NCBI GenBank assembly: GCA_919901925.1
Contig: CAKKQA010000033.1
Span: 1 to 57,971, forward strand
DNA: 57,971 nt
Source of the DNA: Omnitrophica bacterium GWA2_41_15
GTDB taxonomy: Bacteria; Omnitrophota; Gorgyraeia; Gygaellales; UBA12090
Reading direction: 5' to 3'
Every line of letters begins with the position of its first letter. The first letter of the stretch is position 1. The notes below the pieces were generated by a model. The model was not told where the DNA came from. It did no database searches and saw only the letters and a list, made by a program, of their open reading frames with translations. Made by a program: the position numbers and the translations under genes. Below, in pieces: positions 25,087 through 33,170 of this stretch.

Positions 25087-25165
25087 GGGGTCAGGTCCAA
25101 AACGCGGTTGAGAAGTGTCCCCATTACTTGGGGACACTTCTCACGGTTAATTGGGACCTGTCCCC
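25087..25165. repeat. Nested palindrome between the 421-aa oxidoreductase gene and cooF
   Basis: Inner GAGAAGTGTCCCC-attactt-GGGGACACTTCTC (25110-25142). Outer GGGGTCAGGTCC / GGGACCTGTCCCC. Confidence 0.8.
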
Positions 25166-25186
25166 ACGGTTGTTTTGTACCTGTCC

Positions 25187-25621
25187 CTAAACTTCCTCCC
25201 AGGCTACCGCGCCGGTGGGGCAGGCCTTCAGGCAGCTGGGTTCTTCTTTATCCTGACATTTATCACAGCGTAGGGGAATTTTAACTTTTGCATCCGGCCA
25301 AATTGCCCCGTAAGGACAAGACATAATGCACATCCAACATCCCACACAACGGGTTTTATCATGCACGACCAATTTCTTTTCCGTGTCATATTTCAACGCG
25401 GCGGCCATACAGGCATCCACGCATTTTGGCTCCTGGCAATGCCTGCAGGAAAGAGGGTAATTATTACCTTTTGCGAAAGACACCTTTTTCCTAGGTAAAG
25501 ACAACACCTCTTCCTTCAGCGCCTTAAACAAGTCTCCGGATGCAGAATGCGCCACTGCGCAGACAATCTCGCAAGATTTACATCCTAGACATTTTTTAAT
25601 TTTGTAATATAGTTGTTTCAT
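25187..25621 (-). CDS. cooF: CooF-like 4Fe-4S ferredoxin
   Basis: 144 aa with CLGCKSCEIVC, CRHCQEPKCVDAC, CVGCWMCIMSCP and CDKC...C...C cluster motifs. Confidence 0.85.
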   Translation of the reverse strand: MKQLYYKIKKCLGCKSCEIVCAVAHSASGDLFKALKEEVLSLPRKKVSFAKGNNYPLSCRHCQEPKCVDACMAAALKYDTEKKLVVHDKTRCVGCWMCIMSCPYGAIWPDAKVKIPLRCDKCQDKEEPSCLKACPTGAVAWEEV

Positions 25622-25622
25622 T

Positions 25623-25885
25623 TGATTAAAAATCTGTAGTTTTTTTCGCGAATTGCGATTTTAGCCAAATTTATTTCACAGTTGAGGGAATCCCAAATCC
25701 GCCGGAGTATTGTAAGGAAGTAGTACGAAGGCGGTATATTTGGGATGGCGAAGGTGTACGAGCCGTTTTTGCTAGAGCAAAAACGGCGAGTTCTGCAGCC
25801 ACCGAAACTGTGAAAGAAATTTGGCGGCCCCGCCGGAGGCGGGGGAAAATCGCTTTGAGCGAAAAAAGCTACAGATTTTTGATTA
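25623..25885. mobile_element. MITE-like 263-bp structured element (H) filling the cooS-cooF spacer
   Basis: 27-bp imperfect terminal inverted repeats TGATTAAAAATCTGTAGTTTTTTTCGC / GCGAAAAAAGCTACAGATTTTTGATTA. Several internal complementary segments. No credible ORF. Confidence 0.6.
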
Positions 25886-25886
25886 T

Positions 25887-27812
25887 CTAACATGTGGTTT
25901 TTAATTTCAACGCCGCGCGTTTTTTATCAATGTGCGCAATCATTAATTCTGCCATCTTAAGGGGATCATCGCAAAATTCAAACCTGCCGCCGACAACGCT
26001 TTCCAGGCCCTTAGTCAGATAATCAGTTACATTCTGGCTTCCTAAGACGGAAAATGGCCCTCCGCCAAAAATCGTGTAAACACCCGAAGCCACAAAATAA
26101 AAACCTATGGTAATCGCTTTCTCCGACATCCATTCCGGGGCGCAGCCAGCCGCGGGGATATCGGATAAATCCTCGCCCAGGCCGCCTTCTTCAATTATGC
26201 GCGAAGCCGCGGTCAAAATACGGGAATTATCCACGCACGAACCTAAATGCAGGACAGGCGGAATACCCACAGCCTCACAGATTTCCTGCAGGCCTTTGCC
26301 GGCATAAGTTTTTGCCGCCTCAGGAATTAACAAACCTTGTTTGGCGCAGGCAATTGCCGCGCAACCAGTCTGCAAAACCAGGACATCATTCTTAATTAAT
26401 TCCTTGACCAAAGCAGTATGAAAATAATCATGCTGGACTTTCGGATTGTTGCATCCCACCACACCGGCTAATCCGCGGATCTTTCCGGCGATGATCGCCT
26501 CATTTAAAGGCCTATAGGAAGCCCTGTACCTGCCGCCTAGCATGTTGAAAATTACTTCCTTGGTGAAACCGGCGACCAGGTCCATTTCATGTTTTGGTAT
26601 ATTTACCCTGTCTTTTTTGCGGTTAGCAAAATTCTCCACGCCGATTTTAATAATCTTTTTTGCTGTTTCATAGGCATCGTGAACTTCAAATTCGACGTGG
26701 GTTACTCCCGGAAAACGGGCCTTAGAACTTGTGGTAACCAGTTTTGTGTGATAACAGCTGGCGACCTCCTTGAGAGCGGGCATTATACACTGCACATCCA
26801 CCATCATCAATTCCACAGCCCCGGTAACGATAGCTAATTCCTGCTGAAGGAAATTTCCCGCCACTGGTATGCCATGGCGCATAAGGACTTCGTTAGCCGT
26901 ACAGCAAATGCCTGCCAGATTAATACCCTGCGCGCCTAAACTCTTAGCTAATTTTAGCAGCTCAGAGTCAGAGGCGGCCTTAACTGTCATCTCTGACAAT
27001 ATCGGCTCATGGCCATGCACAACAATGTTCACATAATTTTCTTTTAACACACCCAGATTGACTTTGCCGCGGATAGGCTGAGGGCTTCCTAGTATAACAT
27101 CCTGGACATCAGTGGCAATCATTGAGCCGCCCCAACCGTCAGACAAAGCACAGCGCATTCCGTTATTGATAATATTCTTGTAGTCATTATCCACGCCCAT
27201 AGTGGTTGTGTGTAATAATTCCACCACTTCCCTGTCGATACCGCGGGGAATAATGTTTAATTTTTTCCAAATCTGCCGGCGTTTTTCCGGCGCCCTTTTG
27301 GTAAAATTTAATTCACCTTCCTGTTTTCCAAACTCTTCCAGAAGTTTTTTAGAAAGCTCTTTGACAATTTCTTCCTGGGATTTTGTAATATCAATTCCGA
27401 ATTCACTAGCCAGCTTCTTCAACTTTTCAGGATCTAAAATTTCATAACCATGGGAATGCGCGGATTTATCCGCGTGCGCGTGCTTCTGTGCTAACAAAGC
27501 CAATGTTAAGGCCACATCCCTGCCGTGGTCAGAATGGGCCGAAGCCCCAACCGCGATTTTCCTTGCCAGGTTACGCGCAGTAATGGTATCAGCATCAGCG
27601 CCGCAGACTCCGGTTTGCGCGCCTTCGCCAAAAGGATCGATACGGCAAGGCCCCATGCTGCAGACGGTGCAGCATACTCCTAACTGCCCGAAGCCACACT
27701 GCGGGCCCTGCGCTTCCAACCTATCCCAGCATGTCTTGACATTATCATCCTGGGCTTTTTTCAATGTTTCCAAAACAGCCAAATCTATAGATTTCTTCTC
27801 AATTTTAGACAT
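25887..27812 (-). CDS. cooS: Anaerobic Ni-Fe carbon monoxide dehydrogenase catalytic subunit
   Basis: 641 aa; N-terminal CGFGQLGVCCTVCSMGPCRI cluster B/D motif, full-length colinearity with CooS/AcsA. Confidence 0.93.
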   Translation of the reverse strand: MSKIEKKSIDLAVLETLKKAQDDNVKTCWDRLEAQGPQCGFGQLGVCCTVCSMGPCRIDPFGEGAQTGVCGADADTITARNLARKIAVGASAHSDHGRDVALTLALLAQKHAHADKSAHSHGYEILDPEKLKKLASEFGIDITKSQEEIVKELSKKLLEEFGKQEGELNFTKRAPEKRRQIWKKLNIIPRGIDREVVELLHTTTMGVDNDYKNIINNGMRCALSDGWGGSMIATDVQDVILGSPQPIRGKVNLGVLKENYVNIVVHGHEPILSEMTVKAASDSELLKLAKSLGAQGINLAGICCTANEVLMRHGIPVAGNFLQQELAIVTGAVELMMVDVQCIMPALKEVASCYHTKLVTTSSKARFPGVTHVEFEVHDAYETAKKIIKIGVENFANRKKDRVNIPKHEMDLVAGFTKEVIFNMLGGRYRASYRPLNEAIIAGKIRGLAGVVGCNNPKVQHDYFHTALVKELIKNDVLVLQTGCAAIACAKQGLLIPEAAKTYAGKGLQEICEAVGIPPVLHLGSCVDNSRILTAASRIIEEGGLGEDLSDIPAAGCAPEWMSEKAITIGFYFVASGVYTIFGGGPFSVLGSQNVTDYLTKGLESVVGGRFEFCDDPLKMAELMIAHIDKKRAALKLKTTC

Positions 27813-27902
27813 CCTGATTCCTCCATAAATGAAACCCTCAAGTAAAGGCCTATAGTTTGAAACCGTGGCCTGCGTCGAAGGGTGATTATTTGTTTTAGCT
27901 CA

Positions 27903-28104
27903 TTCGTAATTATTGTGGAAACGATGGATAGATGAAAGTGTTGTTCGCACACAATTAGAAAATTTTTGCCAAATGCCGGCAAGGATTTGCGGCGAATGAA
28001 GCGAGCTTATTTAAGTATAAAGGATGTCATGAGAGCGTAATGAGCCGCAAACCGCAGCCGACGGCAAAAATTTTCGTGCGCGAACAACACTTTCATCTAT
28101 CATT
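27903..28104. repeat. Family G ~200-bp rod-like element (G1), upstream of cooS
   Basis: ~85-90% identical by eye to 37773-37976. Terminal stem GATAGATGAAAGTGTTGTTCGCACAC / GTGCGCGAACAACACTTTCATCTATC. Confidence 0.88.
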
Positions 28105-28122
28105 TTGATTATCAATTTATTT

Positions 28123-29040
28123 TCAAGCTTTTACAGGAATAAGCTGCAGGGCTTTCAATATATTTTCCCCGGTCCTCGCGCCTTCTTCTTTCTCTTGCTC
28201 AAAAGTTTTTTCGCTCTTCTCTCGGTCAGCTTTCCTTGCCGCGGCTGTACAGGCAAAAATATTCTCTATGCTTGAGCGCATATTTTCATCAACAACCACA
28301 AAACCTTCCAAGAGCGTTAAATCAGATTCCGCCAGAAATTCAGTATCCGGTTTAAAATTACCCGTAAAAATAACCAGAGGCATCCCGATAATCTTTCCAT
28401 TTGTAAGCTTAACTGCCTTTAATTCAGCCTCACCGATAAACTCCGCTATGTCAACATCACTTATTAATTCCAGCTTCTCATTCTGAATACTCAAAAAACC
28501 GGCCGTTTTGCCGATTACTTTCACATCAATATTTTTGGCGAGCAGGATTTCACAAAACATGGAAACAAAAGGGCCAGCTCCTACGATACCAACAGTATTT
28601 GTAACCATAAGCCTCGTAATAATCTGCTTTATTTCTTCAAGCGAAGACAAGGAAAAAACTCCGTCCTTATGGACACCAGAGGCATCGGGCAGCTTAACCG
28701 ATTCCCCCGAAGCAATAATCAGATAATCGTAATCCATCCTGGAATTATCTTTGAGTATTATCCTTTGTTTTTTGGTATCAACTTTGATTACAGTAGCGCC
28801 TTTGAGAAAACTCACATTGTTGCTCTGGTAAAAATCTTCCTTGCAGAGAAAAAGCTCTTTTTCTTTAATGTTTCCGGCAAGATAATCAAACAGCCTGTCC
28901 TTTCGATAAGGGCAAAATGATTCCTTGGTGATAACCGTTATTTCGTTTCCGAAACCGCTCTTTACAAGCGTTTCACAGGCGGAAAATCCTGCAGCAGAAT
29001 TGCCGATGATGATTATTTTAGCCATTTGTTCTTTAATCAA
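28123..29040 (-). CDS. Truncated paralogue of the 421-aa FAD/NAD(P) oxidoreductase
   Basis: 305 aa; IIIGNSAAGFSA and IVGAGPFV dinucleotide folds. Lacks the C-terminal domain, and the FAD motif reads NIFACTA instead of NIFCAGD. The start may be at 29025. Confidence 0.7.
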   Translation of the reverse strand: MIKEQMAKIIIIGNSAAGFSACETLVKSGFGNEITVITKESFCPYRKDRLFDYLAGNIKEKELFLCKEDFYQSNNVSFLKGATVIKVDTKKQRIILKDNSRMDYDYLIIASGESVKLPDASGVHKDGVFSLSSLEEIKQIITRLMVTNTVGIVGAGPFVSMFCEILLAKNIDVKVIGKTAGFLSIQNEKLELISDVDIAEFIGEAELKAVKLTNGKIIGMPLVIFTGNFKPDTEFLAESDLTLLEGFVVVDENMRSSIENIFACTAAARKADREKSEKTFEQEKEEGARTGENILKALQLIPVKA

Positions 29041-29070
29041 TTATAAATATTTTTTGTTTAGTCAAAAATT

Positions 29071-29101
29071 TTTAACCCTTTACCCTTACCACTTAACCCT
29101 T
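29071..29101. repeat. Family D half-array (right-arm units only)
   Basis: TTAACCCTTTACCCTTACCACTTAACCCTT between metF and the 305-aa oxidoreductase gene. Confidence 0.75.
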
Positions 29102-29138
29102 CATATATTTCTTCAGCTTGTCTAGTTGTCGGCTCTCC

Positions 29139-30008
29139 TTATAACCCCGCCGCGTCTAACACGCGCGGCACGACCTTATCCCAGCCGATAGGCATTATAT
29201 GAATTCCCTGGCACATCGGCTTTAAATCTTTAATCAGGCGCGCGGCTATCTCGACGGATTTAGCCTGCTTGTCTTTTGTCTCCTGCATCTCCTTAATGAG
29301 ATCATCAGGAACAAATATTCCGGCGACATTTTCATTCATATATTTTGCCATTCCGGCAGATTTCAACAAAACGATCCCGGCCATAACAGTTGCCTTCAGA
29401 TGCCTTGTTTTGGCCAAGAAGTTTTCGAATGTCTTAATATCGTAAATTGCCTGGGTTTGGAAAAATTCCGCTCCGGCAGCAATCTTCTTTTCCATCTTCA
29501 TTATCTGCGGCTCTAGGGGGTCCGCGCCGGGATTGACTACCGCGCCGGCACAAAACTTAGGCGTAGTTCCTTCCAATTTCTTGCCCGCCATATCAAGCCC
29601 CTGCTCTAACTTTCTTACAGCCTGGATCAATTGCACCGAATCCAAATCAAACACAGCTTTTGCGTCCGGATGATCGCCCAATTTAGGATGGTCGCCGGTT
29701 AAAACCAGGATGTTTTCTATCCCGAAGTGGCCCGCGGAAAGCAAATCAGACTGTAATGCCAGGCGGTTACGGTCGCGGCAGGTCATCTGGAATATCGGTT
29801 CAAAACCTTTTTCTTTTAACCTTATGCAGACTGCCAAAGAACCCAAGCGCATTACCGAACTCTGCAGGTCTGTCACATTCAAAGCATCCACCCTGCCACG
29901 TATCAACTCCGCGTCTTCCAGAATCGCCTCTATATGAATCCCCTTTGGAGGGCCGATTTCTGACGTCACCAAAAACTTACCCGCCTGTATTTTTTCTTTG
30001 AATGACAT
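29139..30008 (-). CDS. metF: Methylenetetrahydrofolate reductase
   Basis: MSFKEKIQAGKFLVTSEIGPPKG start and MTHFR-length TIM barrel. The tracked ORF extension to 30047 runs into a palindrome. Confidence 0.82.
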   Translation of the reverse strand: MSFKEKIQAGKFLVTSEIGPPKGIHIEAILEDAELIRGRVDALNVTDLQSSVMRLGSLAVCIRLKEKGFEPIFQMTCRDRNRLALQSDLLSAGHFGIENILVLTGDHPKLGDHPDAKAVFDLDSVQLIQAVRKLEQGLDMAGKKLEGTTPKFCAGAVVNPGADPLEPQIMKMEKKIAAGAEFFQTQAIYDIKTFENFLAKTRHLKATVMAGIVLLKSAGMAKYMNENVAGIFVPDDLIKEMQETKDKQAKSVEIAARLIKDLKPMCQGIHIMPIGWDKVVPRVLDAAGL

Positions 30009-30033
30009 AATAGTTAAACAAGCCGTTACGCGC

Positions 30034-30064
30034 TGTAGGGACAGCACACTGTGCTGTCCCTACA
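30034..30064. repeat. 31-bp palindrome TGTAGGGACAGCACACTGTGCTGTCCCTACA
   Basis: Same as 641-673 except for a compensated G/C versus T/A pair. Confidence 0.88.
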
Positions 30065-30109
30065 AAGATTAACTGACAACACAATGACGATGCAAAGATT
30101 TTCTTTATA

Positions 30110-30547
30110 TCAATATGCCGTGGGATTGCGCAGTAAATTCTCATCGCCTACCCGCTGGCCCAAGCTTATGTCTATCAACACCCACGTATCAAGCGGCTTA
30201 TAAAAAGTGAATTTCCACACTAACGGCCTTAGTTGGCATTTAAGCACATAAAACATCTCGGTTATAGAAGGGCCAAATACTCCGCTTTTAACAAATTCAT
30301 AATCAAGCGGCATCCCGCATATAACAATCTCGGATACTGCCTGTTTCTTTAAAGACGTTATTGCTTCGACGTTTTTCTCTAAAGGCGAACCTGCCACAAT
30401 CTTATCAAAAGACTCATTGACTCCTCCGGCGATAACACCTCTTAAGAATGTTTCGATTTTTCCGGTGGGATCTTGAGGCTCCGCGGCGGAAACGAACCCC
30501 GAAAAAAAACACACAACTGCCAAAATGATAATACTGATAAGTTTCAT
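30110..30547 (-). CDS. Hypothetical secreted protein
   Basis: 145 aa; N-terminal signal-like MKLISIIILAVVCFFSGFVSA. No motif recognised. Confidence 0.6.
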   Translation of the reverse strand: MKLISIIILAVVCFFSGFVSAAEPQDPTGKIETFLRGVIAGGVNESFDKIVAGSPLEKNVEAITSLKKQAVSEIVICGMPLDYEFVKSGVFGPSITEMFYVLKCQLRPLVWKFTFYKPLDTWVLIDISLGQRVGDENLLRNPTAY

Positions 30548-30594
30548 ATCAAGAAACTGTCCTCCGTTCAGAACTTTAAGTCAGTTTCGCGAGT

Positions 30595-30625
30595 GTACAG
30601 GAAAGTGTTTTATACTTTCCTGTAC
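30595..30625. repeat. 12-bp stem hairpin after folD
   Basis: GTACAGGAAAGT-gttttat-ACTTTCCTGTAC. Confidence 0.8.
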
Positions 30626-30647
30626 CACAAAAAGGAATCTATCTTTT

Positions 30648-31493
30648 TTAAGATTGAATTTTTGCCGCTTCTATAAGGTTACGCATCAACATGGTGACAG
30701 TAAGCGGGCCTACGCCGCCGGGGACAGGGGTAATATAGGAAGCCTTCTTTAGCGCTTCTTCAAATTCTACGTCACCTACAATTTTATCCGCTATCCTGTT
30801 GATTCCAACATCTATAACTATCGCGCCGTCTTTAACCCACTGGCCTTTAATTAGCCCAGGCTTACCCACAGCAACAATCAAAATTTCCGCCCTCTTTACA
30901 TGCTCTTCTAACTTTCCGGCTTTTGATGTCCCTATATGGCAGACTGTAACCGTGGCAAATTTTTCAAGAAGTAAAAGTGCCAAAGGCTTACCGACGATTT
31001 CGCTGTGGCCGACTATGACAACTTCTTTACCGTATAAATCCACCCCTGTGCTGTTAAGCAGTTCCATAACGCCGGCAGGGGTACAAGGTATGATTTTTGC
31101 TTTACCGAATAAAATCTTGCCTATGTTTTCCGGATGCATTCCCTCGACATCTTTTAATGGCGAAATGTAAGAACTGATTTTCTTATAATCAATGTGCGCG
31201 GGCAAAGGCATCTGTATGATTATGCCGTTTACTTTTTTATCAGCGTTTAATCCTTCAATATACTCTATCAATCCCGCCTCTGTAACGGCGGCATCCAGTT
31301 TATGAAATTGATATTCTACCCCTAAGTTTTCCGCGGATTTCTTCTGGCTCTTAGCATAACTTTCCGCGCCGGCATTTTCTCCGGCGATAACGCTAGCCAA
31401 TACAGGGAGAAAGCCCAATGCCTGCACTTCTTGTTTTATCGCGCTTTTAATATTCTCCGCTAAAGGCTTGCCTTCTAATAACACAGCGCTCAT
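30648..31493 (-). CDS. folD: Bifunctional methylene-THF dehydrogenase / methenyl-THF cyclohydrolase
   Basis: 281 aa; VGHSEIVGKPLA and TPVPGGVGPLTV motifs. Confidence 0.94.
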   Translation of the reverse strand: MSAVLLEGKPLAENIKSAIKQEVQALGFLPVLASVIAGENAGAESYAKSQKKSAENLGVEYQFHKLDAAVTEAGLIEYIEGLNADKKVNGIIIQMPLPAHIDYKKISSYISPLKDVEGMHPENIGKILFGKAKIIPCTPAGVMELLNSTGVDLYGKEVVIVGHSEIVGKPLALLLLEKFATVTVCHIGTSKAGKLEEHVKRAEILIVAVGKPGLIKGQWVKDGAIVIDVGINRIADKIVGDVEFEEALKKASYITPVPGGVGPLTVTMLMRNLIEAAKIQS

Positions 31494-32047
31494 TTTAATT
31501 CCTCTTTTAATTTTTTCAGGGTTTGTTTGATTTTCAGGACGAAGTTTTCATCTTTAATAAAGGCGAGGTTTATTTTAACATTAAGTTGCGCGGATTTAAA
31601 GCAGGATTTTAATAATTCTTCTGCCACATAAACATCGCTGATTAAATACTTGTTTGCTTTAGACGCTAAAACAGGGCAAAACCCGCGTGCCTTTACTGCG
31701 AGAGCGCACATCTCAAGCGGGACGCCGGAAGCACCAAGCAAATTCTTCTGATAAATCTTTTCCGCGGCCTTACGGCTTGCGGAAACTTTATAATACGCCT
31801 CTACATCCAGGTCTACCAAAACCAAAAATCTTTTTCTTATACGCTCTGACCCCTCTAGTATATTTTTTATTTCCGCCTCTACGCCCTTATACTTATCTTT
31901 TCCGATAGTATAATTGCAAACCATGCTTAATAACGCAGCCCCAAGCGCTCCGGTAAGGGCAGCTGCAGAGCCTCCGCCGGGGGCAGGCTTTTTAGCGGCT
32001 AAATCATCCAGATAATTTTTAATGGAATTACTGCTGTATTTTATCAT
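31490..32047 (-). CDS. fchA: Cyclodeaminase/cyclohydrolase family protein (FchA/FtcD C-domain type)
   Basis: 185 aa; PAPGGGSAAALTGALGAALLSMV signature. 4-nt overlap with the folD start. Confidence 0.85.
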   Translation of the reverse strand: MIKYSSNSIKNYLDDLAAKKPAPGGGSAAALTGALGAALLSMVCNYTIGKDKYKGVEAEIKNILEGSERIRKRFLVLVDLDVEAYYKVSASRKAAEKIYQKNLLGASGVPLEMCALAVKARGFCPVLASKANKYLISDVYVAEELLKSCFKSAQLNVKINLAFIKDENFVLKIKQTLKKLKEELK

Positions 32048-32059
32048 TTGATCATATGC

Positions 32060-32114
32060 AAGGGCAACTCTTGCGGTTGCCCTTTAATGGGCGGGCACAC
32101 AGGCCCGCCCCTAC
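32060..32114. repeat. Two adjacent GC-rich hairpins
   Basis: AAGGGCAAC-tcttgcg-GTTGCCCTT and GGGCGGGC-acacag-GCCCGCCC followed by CTAC. The CTA at 32111-32113 is the yraN TAG stop. Confidence 0.8.
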
Positions 32115-32494
32115 AGAGAGTACCTTGAATCCAGTGAAAAAGCGTCTTTGATTAACTCAAAATCCGCGTTGTCCGCGCCTGCCTTAATAATCGAAAGCAC
32201 ATCGAAACGACAGGATACATCAAAAGAATCTTTGCTTTTTAAATATATAAGCGCAACCTGAGAAATCTTGCGTTGTTTGCGGGTATCCAGCGCTTCTTTA
32301 GGGCTGCCAAACGCTAATGACGAGCGGCTTTTGACTTCCACAAAACAAATTGCGCCTTTATCCCTGGCGATAATATCTATCTCGCCTAACTTTGTCCTGT
32401 AATTAACTTCCAGTATTTTATAACCGCTTCGTTTCAAATATTCTACAGCCTGCTCTTCGGAAGACTTTCCAAAATATTGTTTATAACGAAACAT
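32111..32494 (-). CDS. yraN: YraN-family (UPF0102) endonuclease-like protein
   Basis: 127 aa; GEIDIIA...FVEVK PD-(D/E)xK-like motif, usual position after rnhB. Confidence 0.85.
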   Translation of the reverse strand: MFRYKQYFGKSSEEQAVEYLKRSGYKILEVNYRTKLGEIDIIARDKGAICFVEVKSRSSLAFGSPKEALDTRKQRKISQVALIYLKSKDSFDVSCRFDVLSIIKAGADNADFELIKDAFSLDSRYSL

Positions 32495-33071
32495 ATTTAA
32501 ATGTCGCCCGATGTATCGGCGAAGGGCCGATTTTTCTTAAAACATCAATATGTTCTTTGGTGCCATAACCCTTATGCCGCGAAAATCCGTATTCAGGCCA
32601 AAGCTTATGGTAGATAGCCATAATCCTGTCTCTTGTTACCTTAGCGATTATGGAAGCGCTGGCGACGGATAAGCTTTTGGCATCAGCGTCAATTATATTA
32701 TCAAACGGCATTTCAATATCAATAGGAGAATTGCCATCAACTAAAACAAATTCCGGCGCGACAGGCAAAAAAGATACTGCTAATTTCATGCTTAGGCGTG
32801 TGGCCTGCAGGATATTCACTTTATCAATGAGCTTCTCGTCTACTATACCCACGCCGACAAAAGCCTTTTGCCGGATTTCAATGTACGCGGATTCTCTTTG
32901 TTTGGCGCTTAAGGCTTTGGAATCATCTATGCGGTTTTTAAAACTGACACTTTTTAGGATTACCGCGGCAGAAACAACCGGGCCGGCCAATGGCCCTCTT
33001 CCGGCCTCATCAACCCCGGCAATAAGTTTATAGCCCTTGCGTTTATACTTGCGCTCGTAGTAGAGCATCAT
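32481..33071 (-). CDS. rnhB: Ribonuclease HII
   Basis: GVDEAGRGPLAGPV catalytic motif, 196 aa. Confidence 0.93.
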   Translation of the reverse strand: MMLYYERKYKRKGYKLIAGVDEAGRGPLAGPVVSAAVILKSVSFKNRIDDSKALSAKQRESAYIEIRQKAFVGVGIVDEKLIDKVNILQATRLSMKLAVSFLPVAPEFVLVDGNSPIDIEMPFDNIIDADAKSLSVASASIIAKVTRDRIMAIYHKLWPEYGFSRHKGYGTKEHIDVLRKIGPSPIHRATFKYVSL

Positions 33072-33072
33072 C

Positions 33073-33169
33073 TAGTTAGTTAGCCAGTTGACCGGTTAGC
33101 CATTTTGCCGGTTAAGAATTTTTTGTCTTTTCAACTGGCTAACTGGCAAACTAGTAAACCGGCTAACTA
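33073..33169. repeat. Family C hairpin (C2)
   Basis: TTAGCCAG TTGACCGG TTAGCCAT TTTGCCGG TTAA ... CTGGCTAA CTGGCAAA ... CCGGCTAA. Fills the rplS-rnhB spacer. Confidence 0.85.
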
Positions 33170-33170
33170 T

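Noticed and set aside
25618-25893. 91-aa minus-strand ORF between cooS and cooF
   Set aside because: It coincides exactly with the inverted-repeat element H. Its sequence (…PPPPAGPP…, …CRTRRFC…) looks like translation of palindromic DNA. It has no SD and no known motif.
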